NCBI GenBank assembly: GCA_030390025.1 | Contig: CM059432.1 | Location: 37,140,001-37,204,000 of the forward strand | DNA length: 64,000 nt | DNA from: Squalus acanthias | Taxonomy: Eukaryota | Reading direction: 5' to 3' | In this document: positions 1-13,431 of the stretch, one piece after another | How positions within the stretch are numbered: the stretch's first letter is position 1 | How the letters are laid out: every line of letters starts with the position of its first letter | Position numbers and translations under genes: made by a program | Notes under the pieces: model-generated | Databases searched by the model: none | Seen by the model: only the letters and a program-made list of their open reading frames with translations | What the model was told of the DNA's origin: nothing

Positions 1-376
1 CCTGCTCTCGTCCACACAGGTTGCAAGAACCTCGTAACTGTTGGACAAGTGCAAGGGCTGAGACTTCTCCAATGCTACCTTCTGGATCCCCATACCTGCC
101 TCACTGGCTGGCAGACACACACTCCTGTCCCTGACCACAGGCCAAATCTGAAGTATTTAACCTAAGGAGTGTGACTGCCTCTTGGAACCAAGTGTCCAGG
201 TAACTTTCTCCCTCCCTGATGTATCTCAATGTCTGCAGCTCAGATTCCAGCTCATCAACTCTGAGCCGAAGTTCCTCGAGCTGCAGACACTTAGTGCCGA
301 TGCGGTCACCCTGGATCACACTGGTGTCCACCAGCTCCCACATGCTACAGCTGCAACACATCACCTGCCTTGCCAT
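1..376 (-). mobile_element. CR1-type LINE ORF1 N-terminal fragment
   Basis: ORF 101-376(-) MARQVMCCSCSMWE...KCLQLEELRLRVDELESELQTLR: Cys cluster followed by a coiled coil, the pattern I recognise from fish/shark CR1-group ORF1. Confidence 0.6.
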
Positions 377-577
377 CTCTATTGTATTTTATTTAATTAA
401 TTACGTAAATATCAATCAATTGTCTATTTATAGTTTTTAAACTAGGTAATAACCTTGTTTAATGTATTAAATTTATTAAAATAAGTTTAGTTATATGCTA
501 TAGGTCTTTACTGTAACTTAGCCCTCAGTCCTAAGAGAAAATAAATACTCACCACCAATCACCTACCTGCTTAAGTG

Positions 578-920
578 TAGTATTGAGGGAGTGCTGCGTT
601 GTCACAAGTGCTGTCTTTCGGATCAGACTTTAATCAAAGGTCCCACCTTTCCCCTTGGGTGGACATAACTGGTCCAATGGCAATATTCTAACAGAGCAGG
701 GGAGTTCTCTTGGTGTCTTGTCAATGTTTATCCCTCAACCAGCAACATGAAAAATCGATTATCTGGTTATTATCTCCGTGGTATTTGTGGAACTGTGCTG
801 TGCGCAGATTGTTCGTCGCTTTCCTACATTACAACAATCACTAAATTTTACAAGTACTGTATTGCCTGTGAAGTGCTTTGGGACATCCTGATGTTGTGAA
901 AGGCGCTATATAAATAAGTT
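578..920 (+). mobile_element. DeuSINE/SacSINE1-like SINE fragment
   Basis: Reverse complement of the SINE body at 37968-38402, ending ...gtgctttgggacatcctga..tgtgaaaggcgctatataaat. Confidence 0.6.
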
Positions 921-2100
921 GTTTAACACCCAGTGGTCATGCAGGTCGCTCCAGCACATGATCTGGAACAGTTAGGTAGATAAACCGGTTGTGTCTGTTA
1001 ATTGCTATCCCTTCTGCTTCCTGTATGATGATCTGTTGGGATGAAGTGCTTTGGCTCATTTGATCTCATTCCTTCCAGTAAACCAACCTGACTGACCCTC
1101 CCATTAAAGTGTTTTAATGTCCATTGGAGCAGGCAGACTAACTTGCAGATACACAACAGTTGGAGTAAACTATTGGCTGCAGTTTTCCTTGTATATGCCA
1201 TTCTGCAAGAGGAAAACATTCAACCCTGTCCCCCTTGTCTCCTTCAAAAGTCATTTTTCTTTATCCACACCTTTGGTCGCCTCTCCTCCTTCCTGCTCAT
1301 TATCAACCACTCCTTGGTTGCATGAACAATGCTGTGCAATTGTTTTCCTCTTCCCTTTCCCTTCTGCTGAATTTAGGATAAGGTACATGATGGTGAAAGA
1401 CAGCAGCTGCTTACAATTTATATGGAGTGTGTAACAAAGCAGATGGTTTTCCAGCACCTTGTAGGTAGAGTTCAGACCCCAGTGGGAGGGACAGAGGATG
1501 AATGAAAATGATCTTGCTGCATTTTTGCACCTCTGGGAGAAGAGGAATGGGGAACGTGCTGCTTTGTCACCAGGGTAAATATGTGCATTTACTGAGCCAG
1601 CATTATCAAATTTGGTTGATGGGTCTCTTAAACACTAATGAGACAGCAGAAGAACGGTCCTTGTCTGACCTTGTTAGAGCTTGACTGCTTAATGAGCTGT
1701 CCACCTTCGCTCCGCCACACACGATTATGACAGATTAATGAGAAATTTGTCTTGGTTGTAACAATCAAATTGAATAAATGGAATCATTTGCTCGACTCTT
1801 TAGTCTACCTTTCCTTTGGAGGGGTTATGTCTGTTGAAATTTCCTGCAGTGCTGAATGTCAAAGGGTGATATTTGTACAACTATGGTCACCTGTGTTTAC
1901 AAATAGAGCCTGAAGTGAAGAGGACAGACAACTTAGTTAACCCGTGTGATTGCTGGGATTTGAGAGACTTGGAGTAATTGCACTGGGCGTATCAGTGGAA
2001 GAGTTGCAGATTGCCTGTACTCTTAAGAGTGATATTCAGTTGCGTGTCCCAGCCCAAAGTATCTGATTGTAGTCCTTTCTGCAATCAGAATCAAAATTGT

Positions 2101-2201
2101 ATTCCCTCACTGTACCTGACGAAGGAGCAGCAGCTCCGAAAGCTCGTAATTTCAAATAAAACTGCTGGACTATAACCTGGTGTTGTGCGACTTCTCATTT
2201 T
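2101..2201 (+). mobile_element. 101-bp Penelope-pLTR-derived insertion carrying a hammerhead ribozyme
   Basis: Flanked by a 14-bp direct repeat AGAATCAAAATTGT (2087-2100 and 2202-2215); homologous to 42072-42158 and 42518-42604. Confidence 0.8.
2113..2148 (+). ncRNA. Minimal type I hammerhead ribozyme
   Basis: TAC CTGACGA A GGAGC agca GCTCC GAAA GCTC^GTA: CUGANGA and GAAA cores, 5-bp stem II, stem I UAC:GUA, palindromic AGCU stem III, CUC cleavage triplet. Confidence 0.75.
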
Positions 2202-3192
2202 AGAATCAAAATTGTCACTGCACCTCCATGGTCAATGGAATTTTCTCCTTAAACGACGCTGCCTTGCTGCTTCTTTTCTTCAAAGTCTCCTGAAGAACCT
2301 GTCTCTTCAACCACACTTGTCTATCCTCTCCGTTAATCTTTATTCTTTCCTGCTCAGCTGTCTACGATTAGCCAGTGAAGTACTTTGAGATGTTTGAGTT
2401 GTACTATATGAAAGCAAAGTACCCTTGCTCTGACAGTACTGTCTCAAGTGACTGCATTTAAACTTACTGTAAACAACGGATAGTTTTACTGAGAAATTAT
2501 TGTAACTTTAGTATTTTATCGGAACAGGAGTAGGTCATTCAGCCCTTTGTGCCTGCTTCATCATTCAATTAGATCATGGGTGAACTGTACCTCAACCACC
2601 GTTGCTCCATGTCTCTTGATGCAATACCCTAACTGAACCACCCTCTATCGGTCTTGAAAGCAGTTTCTCTCTTCAATATCTAATCCTTTTATCATTTTTA
2701 TGCTAATTAAACTCCTGGTTACAATCTGTCTTGCAATAGACTTTGTGTGTAATGCCTCACTACTGTGAGGATAGAGTATTTTTGTCAGATCACAGATCCA
2801 TCCATCTGGTCTGTTAATCCAGTTATTCTTTTAATTTCCTATGAGAAGTCCCTTGCAAAACTGAAGTGTGAATTTATGAAGATGCGGGAACTTGTCTCTG
2901 CTATTTCAAGCACTCTTAACATTGCCCATTTGACCAATTATGCTGCAGTTTGCTCTGTGTTTGCCCTTGAATGTTAAGTGTGGGCAGCCTCTCATGCCAT
3001 CCTTCATCTCGCAGCAAGGACAGGCAGGTTGGTGTTGGAAAAGAGACACGAAACAGTTTGATTTATGTGGTGCTTGGAGAAAGTGATATTCTCTTAGTTG
3101 AATGAGGAGTTGAGAATCACTGCTTTTTAAAATGTTGACTGCGGACGCCCTTAGCTTGCAGCATTTGCAAGTAATTGTATTGCTCTTTGCAG

Positions 3193-3354
3193 AGGAATTT
3201 TCCCATGTGAGGGAGGAGGTGCCAGTTGAACTGGTGGAGGCGCATGTGAAGAAGGTACAGGAGATGGCTCGGTCTTCTGGGAAAGTGGATCCTTCCTATG
3301 GTCTGGAAAACAGTGGCATTGCAGGCACTGCTCCGGAGGAACCAGAGAAAACTG
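3193..3354 (+). CDS. SMARCC1: SMARCC1 (BAF155) internal coding exon, region following the SANT domain
   Basis: ctctttgcAG acceptor and G|GTAAGT donor; 162 nt, phase 1 to 1. Encodes [54 protein letters not shown], matching my recollection of vertebrate SMARCC1 ([39 protein letters not shown]) better than SMARCC2. Confidence 0.93.
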
Positions 3355-3455
3355 GTAAGTTAAAACGACTTCATTTTTTCCTGCATGTCCAGCCTGTAAT
3401 ATTGCAGACAAGTGCCCCAACTTCCCTCAGCAATGTTGTGCGATTTATGATTTAC

Positions 3456-3885
3456 GGGCAACGCGGTGGCATAGTGGTTAGCACTGCTGCCTCACAGCGC
3501 CAGGGACCCGGGTTCGAATCTGACTGTGTGGAGTTTGCACATTCTCCCCGTGTTTGCGTGGGTTTCCTCCGGGTGCTCCGGTTTCCTCCCACAGTCCAAA
3601 AATGTGCGGGTTAGGTTGATTTGGCTATGATAAATTGACCCTTAGTGTTAAGGGGGGATTAAATATGTGGGGTTATGGGGATAGGATGGGATATGTTAGG
3701 GGGAATTAAATACGTGGGGTTACGGGGGTAGGGTGGGATATGTGTACTGTGGGGATTAAAGCAGGGACAGGGTACTGGATTTGGATGATCAGCCATGATC
3801 GTATTGAATGGTGGAGCAGGCTCGACGGGCCGAATGGCCTACTCCTGCTCCTAGATTCTATGTTTCTATGTATGTTTCTATGATG
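3456..3885 (+). mobile_element. HE1-like tRNA-derived V-SINE with CR1 (HER1-like) 3' tail
   Basis: A-box TGGCATAGTGG and B-box GGTTCGAATC; V-domain gagtttgcacattctccccgtg..gggtttcctccgggtgctccggtttcctcccaca; LINE tail ggagcaggctcgacgggccgaatggcctactcctgctcc followed by ctatgttt repeats. Confidence 0.85.
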
Positions 3886-6249
3886 GGCCATCGTGACTTG
3901 TATCAGGATGAGTCCCTTTCTGCCCCTGTTTTCACTCCTTCTCTGGCTTGCTTTGTAAGAGATGTAGGAATGTGCAGAACTGGAAAAGGCTGGTCCCAAG
4001 GTGCACAAAATTTTAAGCTTTTTTTCTCAAGCTTTCTCTTGCTCATGCGGTCGCTCTCGCATTACCCTGAATTACTACTTTTGCCAAAAAGGCCTATTCA
4101 GCTTTCACTTGAACTTGCTGACACTGCATCTGATGTTTGCCTGGGCAGTAGATATAATAAGTTGTGGTTGGGGGGCGCTGCTCGTTCAGAGTTCACCACA
4201 AGTTTGAGAGTTCAAATCCCTTCATGGGACATTGTGCGGTTGAATTCAGTAAATCTGGTCATTTGTGTGCTGTCGCCAGAAGAATTAATCATGGAAGTTG
4301 ATGGATTGATATAAAAGCACAACTGGTTCACTAATGTCCTGCAGGGAAGGCACCATGCTACCTCAAGTAGTTGATTCAAACAAATACTTTGGGATGGGCA
4401 ATATATGCGGCCAGGACCGCACCCGGATAACATTTTTTAAACCTGCATCTCACCTCGATTTCCAGCAGCAATTATGGCTTTTTAAAAATCTGCTATTGAT
4501 GGTTATAGTTTAGATCAGCATATCAAATGTAAGTTTTTTTGGCTTGTATTGAAAATTAATTGATGGCTCTGATGATTATGGGGTCAATGTTGGCGCAATG
4601 GGAGGAATTTTTCTCAATCTGCTTCTCCTCCCCTGCTCATGCCATGTCCTTCCTCTGGTTAAGCAGTATGGCTGATGACCTGCTGCCAGACATCTGCCAA
4701 TGTTGGTTTATGGCCTGCTGTTGGGAGGAATGCTCTAACTCTACATAATGACGGGCATTGATATCTCTGCTTGTGCAGCATCGTGGGCATGTGCTAAACG
4801 CGTTGGAGTTGCAGTGCATCGCTCTCCGATAGCCTCTTTGGTAAATGCTGCACCCAGTGTAGCACTGATATATATCGACTCATCTCCTGTGTTGTACTGA
4901 GCTTGGGGACTATTAGGGATGTGGAGGCCAGATACAGTATCCCAGAGTAGGGAAGGGAAAAATCAGCTGGTGGTTCTGCCGCCTGACTGAATTCTCTTCC
5001 CCCGTCTCTACCTCATTGCTTACTTGCAAGATACTGGAACTGTATCCCATAAGAAACCCTGTCATCCTCAAGAAGGTCAAATAAAATTGCCTTATTCAAG
5101 AGCTCCAATGCATTGCAGGGAAAAGGCCAGTTCTGTTTTTCAGTGAGCGCTGCAAGCCACCTGGTCTTGGCAGAATTGTCCTTGGAGCCATTCAAACCTC
5201 AGCAACAATAAGCTGACTTCTGTGATCCCTTGAAATTTAAGTGTTGACATTTGACTGTTAATGAATGTAAACGACATACTGATGGCTGCTGCTTTGATTT
5301 GTTTTCCTGTGCCCTTGATGGGTGTAGTCACTTACTGGGTAATGACTTGTGGAAAGGGACGTGACATTTTTTTCCAATGAGAAAGCTGCTTGAAGCCCAT
5401 TTGTTTTTTTAAAAAATTAGTCTCGATTGTTGCTTGTAATTCCCTGATTGACATTTAATGTCTAAGTTAGTGGTGCAGTAAAGATTTATTGTTTGGCCTT
5501 GACCCTTCAGAATGCTGGTTGGATTTTCACTCTACTGTTGGGTCAGTGTGTGAATCTGTTTTGTCAGCTCAGTGTATGTACAATAACGGGTACTGGCAGC
5601 ACACCTTGGGCATCAAAAGATTAAATCGATCAACCAGAGCAGAGTTTAGCTCAGCGAGAAGGAAACGAAACACCCATTTTAGATTGAACTGCTTTAAACA
5701 GTGGTTGAATATATGGAACGGGTTAGCTGGGGAGGGATTGGGGCTGATAGTCTGCAAATTAAAGGGGCAACTGGTTCGATGTTTGGTAGATAATCACAAC
5801 AGCTACTTTACAAAGCCCCACAACAGTCATAAGACTAATGGCATTTAATCTGTTTTTGGTGTTGGTTGAGGCATGAATGATGACCAGGGCACTGGAAGAA
5901 CTGCTCTCCGAATCGTGTCATGGGATCTTTTACGTCCACCTTGAGCAAGCAGTTGAGACCTAGGTTTAACATTTCATCAGAAATAAAGCACCTTTAATCT
6001 CTGGTAGAAGCAGCTCCCAAATTGGTTTGAGAACCCATCAGCTGTGGTTTTTAGTAGTTCTTTTCACATCAGCTGGTTAAACTGGTGCCTCCATTTTCAT
6101 GGTTTCCTTGGATGACATTTTAAGATGGAATTAGAAAAACATTTGGAGAAGAATAATATTGAAGGGTGCAAAGAAATAGAATTGAGATCTGCTGGAGGAG
6201 CTAGCACCAGGGCAATGGACTGAATGACCTCCTGTACTGAGATTTACAT

Positions 6250-6880
6250 TTTCGAAAGTTTTTTTCAGTTAAGGGTATCAAGGGATATGGACCAAAGACA
6301 TGTAAATGGAGTTGAGGTACAGATCAGCCATGATCTATTAGAATGGCTGAACAGGCTCGAGGGGCTGAATGGCCTACTCCTGTTCTTAGGTTTCCTATGA
6401 AATTTCTGAGGTTAACAACAACTTGCATTTATATCATGCCTTTATCATAGTAAAACTTCCCAAGGTGCTTCACAGGAACATTCAGACAAAATTTGACACC
6501 AAGCCACATGAGATATTAGGACAGGTGATCAAAAGATTGATGAAAGAGGTAGGTTTTAAGGAGGGGAGAGGTGCGGATAGGTTTAGGGAGGGAATTCCAG
6601 AGTTTAGGGCTTAGACAGCTAAAGGCATAGCTGCCAATGGTGGAGCAAAGGAAATCGAGGATGCACAAGCGGTCAGAATTGGAGGAATGCAGAGCTCTCT
6701 GATGGTAATGGTGCTGGAGGAGAGTACAGACATAGGGAGGGGCAAGATCATGGAGGGATTTGAACACAAGCATGAGCGTTTTAAATTTGAGGCATTGCTG
6801 GATTGGGAGCCAGTGTCGGGTTGATGGTTGAATGGGACTAGTTGCGAGTTAGGATACGAGCAGCAGAGTTTTGGATTCGT
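6250..6880. mobile_element. CR1 3' tail (+, ~6250-6400) abutting an L2 3' end (-, ~6420-6880)
   Basis: Tail motif ggctcgaggggctgaatggcctactcctg; minus-strand L2 C-terminus LVFKSLHDLAPPY...AFSCLSPKLWNSLP. Confidence 0.75.
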
Positions 6881-9800
6881 TGATTATTCGATGGCTAAGA
6901 TGTGAAATGGACAGTGAACAGGCATTCTGATTGAAATGTTCCCTTGTGAATCTTTTCATTTTGCTCTCCCTTCCTATCCCTTCCCCAAATAAAGGTTAAC
7001 TGCTCTAGAAGAACCATGGAGGTTTGCAGCACAGGAGAGCAATCCAAAACTGATCCCACTGCCTTCGTCTCACCCCACAGCCCAAGCGTCTGCTGACATT
7101 GGTCTGTCACTGGCCCTGCACAAGTGCTTGTGTCTCCTTTGCATTGCACTTTTTTTATCTTTCCTTTCAGAGACTTAGACTTATGTTGTGGTATGGTTCC
7201 ATTGTTACGAGTACACTTTTGATACTTCAATCAAGTGGCTAGTTTCCATGTGTGAGCCTAAACAATGAGTGTTGGGCCATTCATCCATAAAGGGAATTCC
7301 TGCACTCATTAACTTCATGTGAACCTTTTGCGAAGGGGTGGTCACTGTGTTCTAATCCAGAGGTGGGTGGCTGATTATCTTCCTTTCCTCTTGCTCTTCT
7401 CTCTCTACTCAAGGGTGCTGAGGCCAATTGTAGTGTACCGATGACCAACCCTGGCTGAGGTCAGGTACTGCTACACAGACCAGGAATTGAACTTGGGACC
7501 TTCTGGCACAGAGAACTGAGTTGCATACTATCTTCACTAACTCAGCCAGCAAGCGAACCTGGGATTTTTCTAACCGATGTGTTTAAAATAAAAAATACAT
7601 GGACCCAGTTGTACATCCTACTTGGCATCTTTTGCTACTGGACGGGGGAGCACTCTCCTCAGCAGGGGTTTTAGTTTTTTTCTTGCATTATTACCGTTCA
7701 TTATACTGATGGACGCTACTCCAAACAACCTACAGCATCCTTTTAGAGGAGGCAAGGCCTTTGGTAATAGTATTCATGAGACCAGGGGTAGCTTCCTGCC
7801 AGCTGGCGGTTGCTGTGGTGTTTCCATGTCCCTTCCATCACACTTGGCCTGACCTGTCAGAAAGGCTCAACCATCTTCCCTCCTCAAACTGCAGCTGGGT
7901 AATTGGCTCTGATGTGCTGGCATCTGCACACAGCAAAGTGAGCTGTTGTAAGATGCTTTTCCTGTTCTTGATTCTGGAAGTGTGATGTTTGTTTGAAAGC
8001 TTTCTTTCCTGTGTGGTCTTGCAAGTGATGAGCTGGGAAGGATTGTTGATGTTGAAGTGGTCTCCTCTGATCACTTGGGTTAACAATTGCCACCAGCGCT
8101 GCCCATATTTTTATAAAATATGGAGCCTAAATATAATTTGTCAGGGATTGAATGTGCAAATATCAACTGCTGATGAGTTCTCCGCCCAGCTCACTGAATT
8201 ATTTTGTGATACACTTGTTGCAATGAGGCATAACCATACTGGAAAGACTTTGTTTTGTACAGTACCTTACCACATGCTTCAGGCGTTCATCAAAGCACTT
8301 AAAATGCAATGACTATTCTGGAGAGAAACATGGTAGTCATCTTGTGCACTGCAAGATGCCACGGACTGTGTTGAATGAGCAGTTATTCTGTTTGTGATGG
8401 TGATTGAGGGCAGTTTCCCTCTTTAGCATCTCATACAAAGTAAGGCACTTCTGACAAAAAGAAAAGGAAGAAATGCCGTTGTAAAGTATCTTTCATAAAC
8501 TCCAAACTACAGCCAATGAAGTACTTTCTGAAGTATAGTCACTGTTCTAATCTAGGAAACACTGCAGCCAATTTGCGCATAGCAAGCTCCCACAAACAGC
8601 AATGTGATAATGACCAGATAATCTGTTTTAGTGATGTTGGTTGAAGGATAAATTATAGCCCGGACACCGGGAAAACTAGCCTGTTCCTCTTCGAGCAGTG
8701 CCATAGGATCTTTTACATCCACCTGAGAGGGCAGAAGGGGCCTCGGTTTAATGTCTCATGAGGGCAGGTGTTTTGAGGGACAGGCTGTGATATCGTAGAA
8801 GTGCTGGCAGAGACGGTTCTTGAGGCTGGAGCATGGTGCCTGGAGACCGTCGTAGATGGTGGAATGGAGGGAGCAGGGAATAAGGAGTAGATGTTAAATG
8901 AGTGAAGGGATGTGTAATTTTGGGTGATTGCTAAGCAAGTGTGTGGTGACATCATGGGAGGGGTTATTCAAGGCAAGGGGAAGGATCTTACTAAATTTGG
9001 GACATGTGCTTGTCGAACTTGGCGAAGACTGGGTGATGGGAAGCGAGTGAGGGTGTTTAACACAGTAACTTAGATCTATAGGGACTATACCCAAATACAG
9101 TAAACATTCTCCACCAGCAAAATCCCACTCACTGAAACAAAATAACCAGTTAACAACGAGAACAGTAGCTTGCATTTATATGGCGCCTTTAATGTAGTCT
9201 TTTTGTTTGGTTGAGTGGGTTGAGGAATGTTGGGCAGGATGGTGGGACAACTCTGTTGCTTTTAGAATAGTTCTATGGAATCTTTCGCGTCCACCTGGAC
9301 AGGTAGGTGGGGATTTGTTTTTTATAATAGCTGATCTGAAAGACCACCTACATTAATCCAGCATTCCCTCTACTGTACTGGAGTATCCGTCTAGATTGTG
9401 CTTTAATCCTGATGTGGGTAGTTGGGTGGAAGGTAGTGTGTAACACCAGTTGTTGGGCATTGCAATCTTGTAATCTCGATGAGAAAGTTTAAATGAGGAA
9501 AAAGCCTGAGTAATCTCTGCTGCTTTTGTTGATGAGAGCTGCCAACTGCCATAGTTGCAGATTTAGCAAGAAAGGTGCTGCCTTAAACTCAGTTTTTGTT
9601 GCGGTTATTCATTTTTTTTGTTTGAAGTCACCTTGACCAAATAAGGCAGGGTTCCTGTGGATGATGCTGCACTTCAATTTCAGTGAAGCTTTTAGCCACT
9701 GAATGTGAATTTGTCAACTGGAGCAACAGGCGAAGGAGGCGGCCATTGGAATAGCAACACGTGAGCTTTCTCTGTGGGGGGATACTGCATAACATGGGCC

Positions 9801-9984
9801 AAGGCAGGGATTGTTTTTGTTGACATTGTTGCGTTGTGTAGACGTGGCCGAGTATCCTGTTCTGACAAGTGACTGGTCATCTGACCTCAAGTCACTGCTC
9901 TTAACAGCCGACAGTCTCTGCTTGTGACTTATTCCATGTGGATTCCAACTGAAATTCCACTCTTAATGTTTTGGATACACCTTG

Positions 9985-11590
9985 GATTACAGATATCTCT
10001 CAGATGTTCAGCGTTCCTCGAACCACTGTTCTCGCCGTATCCTGAGATCCACGCTCAACGTCATGCGCCGCCACATACACGCTCTTGACCTCTCTTCAGC
10101 AGCACCGACTCACTCTATCTCAAAGCTGTCCTGGTCCGCAGTTCCATTTCATTCTTTGCCTCATCTGGCACTTTAACAAAAAACATTTTTTCTTCCTTTC
10201 AGGTGTCAAGGATCGTAAGCTTCAACAACTCTTGGACAGCAACGTCCCTCTGGAACCTCCTTTCCTTTCACTTTGCTCTGACCCCATCCCTTCTTCCAAT
10301 CTCACCCCCTGCCGTGTTTTCACTATCCCTTCTGACCTTCCCCTCTCAGACCCCGAACAATCAGTCCTCAGCAAAGACCTGAGCTTCATCCACTTACGAC
10401 CCCACCGCAATGAATTTCAAGCTCAGCATGACGCGGAGCTCTTTTTCCGTCGCCTTCGTCTCCGTGCCCACTTCTAAAGCTAGGAGTCTTCCCGCCACCC
10501 CCTGGCCGCACAGCTGGCCCTTTCTCCCGTTTTCAGAAATCTCGTTCTACTTGGACCCCTCGCTCTGGCCTCTTATCCTCTCTAGATCTTTTCATGGAGA
10601 ACTGCTGGCGTGACATTAGCCGTCTCAATATCTCTGCTCCGCTTACTCACTCCAACCTACCTCCCTCGGAACTTGCAGCACTCCATTCTCTCAGATCCAA
10701 CCCCAACATTGTCATTAAACCTGCCTACAAGGGTGGCACTGTTCTTTGACAAACCGCCCTCTACCTTGCGGAGACTGAAGGTCAACTCTGAAGCCTCCTC
10801 CTACCGCCCCCTGGACCATGATCCCACTACCGAACATCAAGCCGTCATTTCCAAGACTGTCGCTGACCTCCTCTCCTCTGGAAATCTTCCCTCCATGGCC
10901 GCCAACCTCGTTCCCCAACCCTGCACAGCCCGCTTCTACCTCCTTTCCAAGATCCACAAACAGGACTGCCCTGGTAGACCCATCGTTTCAGCCTGTTCTT
11001 GCTCCACTGAACTGATTTCTTCCTATTTCTCCCTTTGTCCAGTCTCTTCCTACCTGCATCCGCGACTCTTCTGACTCCCTCCGCCACTTTAACAGTTTCC
11101 AGTTTCCTGGCCCCAACCATCTCCTTTTCACTGGACGTCCAATCCCTCCACCCCCACCAGGATGGCCTGAGGGTGCTCCGCTTGTTTCTTGAATAGAGGC
11201 CCAACCAGTCCCCATCCACCACCACTTTCCTCCGTCTGGCTGAACTTGTTTTCGCATTGAACAACTTCTCCTTTGACGACTCACTTCCTCCAAATTAAAG
11301 GTGTTGCTATGGGAACCCGCATGGGTCCCAGCTGTGCCTGCCTTTTCGTGGGATATGTGGAACATTTTGTTCCAGTTCTGCTCAGGTCCCCTCCCTCACC
11401 TCTCTTTCCAGTACATTGATTACTATCGGTGCCATTTTCTGCTCTTGTCCTGAACTAGAATATTTCATGCACTTTGCTTCCAGTTTCCACCCTTCCCTCA
11501 CCTTCACATGGTCCATCTCTGACTCTTCCCTTCCCTTCCTTGACTTCTCTGTCTCCATTTCTTGGGATAGGCTTTAGACAAACATCCGCT
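9985..11590 (+). mobile_element. Penelope-like element (PLE) reverse transcriptase, decayed
   Basis: Frameshifted peptides PLDHDPT, PCTARFYLLSKIHKQDCPGRPIVSACSC.TELISSY, LNNFSF..HFLQIKGVAMGTRMGPSCACLFVGYVE and a YID motif, characteristic of PLE RTs. Confidence 0.85.
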
Positions 11591-11592
11591 AT

Positions 11593-13430
11593 GCTTGCAG
11601 GGAACATAAAAACTGACTGTAAAAGCTTCTATAGATATGTGAAGACAAAGATTGGTGAAGTCAAGTGTAGGTCCCTTGCAGTCAGAATCAGGGGAATTTA
11701 TAATGGGGAACAAAGAAATGGCAGACCAATTAAATACATACTTTGGTTCTGTCTTCACAAAGGAGGACACAAATAAACTCCCAGAGATGTCGGGGAACAT
11801 TGGGTCTAATGAGAGGGAGGAATTGAATGAAATCAGTATTTGTAGGGAAATGGTGTTGGGGAAATTGATGGGATTGAAGGCCGATAAATCCCCAGGGCCT
11901 GATAATCGACATCCTAGGGTACTTAAGGAAGTGGCCCTAGGAATAGTAGATGCATTGCTGGTCATCTTCCAAAATTTTATAGACTCTGGAACAGTTCCCA
12001 TGGATTGGAGGGTAGCTAATGTAACCCGACTATTTAAAAAAGGTGGTAGAGTAAAGCGGGGAATTATAGACCGGTAAGCCTGACATCGGTAGTGGGCAAA
12101 ATGCTAGAGTCCATTATAAAAGATGTAATAGCGGAGCACTTGGAAAACAGTGACAGGATCGGACAAAGTCAACATGGATTTACAAAAGGTAAATCATGCC
12201 TGACTAATCTACTGGAATTTTTTGAGGATGTAACTGGTAGAATAGATAAGGGAGAACCAGTGGATGTGGTGTATTTGGACTTTCAGAAGGCTTTCGATAA
12301 GGGCCCGCATAAGAGATTAGCGTGCAAAGTTAAAGCACATGGGATTGGGGGTAAGGTACTGATTTGGATAGAGAACTGGTTGGCAGACAGGAAGCAAAGA
12401 GTTGGAATAAACGGGTCTTTTTCCGAGTGGCAGGCAGTGACTAGTGGGGTACCGCAGGGATCGGTGCTTGGACCCCAGCTATTCACAATATATATGAATG
12501 ATCTAGACGAGGGAACTAGATGTAATATCTCCAAGTTTGCAGACGACACAAAACTGGATGGGCGTGTGTGCTGTGAGGAGGATGCAGAGAAACTCAAGTA
12601 TGATCTGGACAGGTTGGGTGATTGGGCAGATGCAGTATAATGTGGATAAATGCGAGGTTATCCACTTTGGTGGCAAAAACAGGAAGACAGGTTATATGAA
12701 CGGCAAGAGATTGGGAAAAGGGGCATTGAAACGAGATCTGGGAGTCCTCGTGCACCAGTCGCTGAAGGTAAGCATGCAGGTGCAGCAGGCGGTTAAGAAG
12801 GCAAATGGTATGTTGGCCTTCATAGCGAGAGGATTCGAGTACAGGAGCAAGGATGTCTTGCTGCAGTTGTACAGGGCCTTGGTGAGACCACACCTTGAGT
12901 ACTGTGCAGTTTTAGTCGCCTTATCTGAGGAAGGATGTTCTTGCCATGGAGGGAGTGCAGCGAAGATTTACCAGACTGATACCTGGGATGGCAGGAATGA
13001 TGTATGAAGAGAGATTGGGTCGATTAGGCTTATATTCGCTAGAGTTTAGAAGAAGGAGAGGGGATATCATTGAAACTTATAAAATTCTAACAGGACTAGA
13101 CAGACTAGATGCAGGAAGGATGTTCCCGATGGCGGGTGAGTCCAGAACCAGAGGTCACAGTCTAAGGATAAGGGGTAAGCCATTTAGGACTGAGATGAGG
13201 AGAAATTTCTTCACCCAGAGAGTGGTGAACCTGTGGAATTCCCGACCACAGAAGGCAGTTGAGGCCAATTCATTAAATATATTCAAGAAGGAGTTAGATA
13301 TATTTCTTAAGGCTAAAGGGATATGGGGAGAAAGCAGGGACAGGGTACTGAATTTGGATGATCAGCCATGATCTCATTAAATGGCGGAGCAGGCTCGAGG
13401 GGCCGAATGGCCTACTCCTGCTCCTATCTC
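11593..13430 (+). mobile_element. CR1 LINE, 5'-truncated ORF2 (RT) with 3' tail
   Basis: KSPGPD, QHGFTKGKSCLTNLLEFF, YLDFQKAFD, GVPQGSVLGP, SKFADDTKL, RPHLEYC; frameshifted. Confidence 0.95.
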
Positions 13431-13431
13431 A

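Noticed and set aside
1025..1095. Possible C/D box snoRNA (ATGATGA ... CTGA)
   Set aside because: No convincing terminal stem or recognisable rRNA/snRNA guide; these motifs arise often by chance.
3456..3530. tRNA gene
   Set aside because: The A and B boxes belong to a SINE head; there is no complete cloverleaf and it runs into the V-domain.
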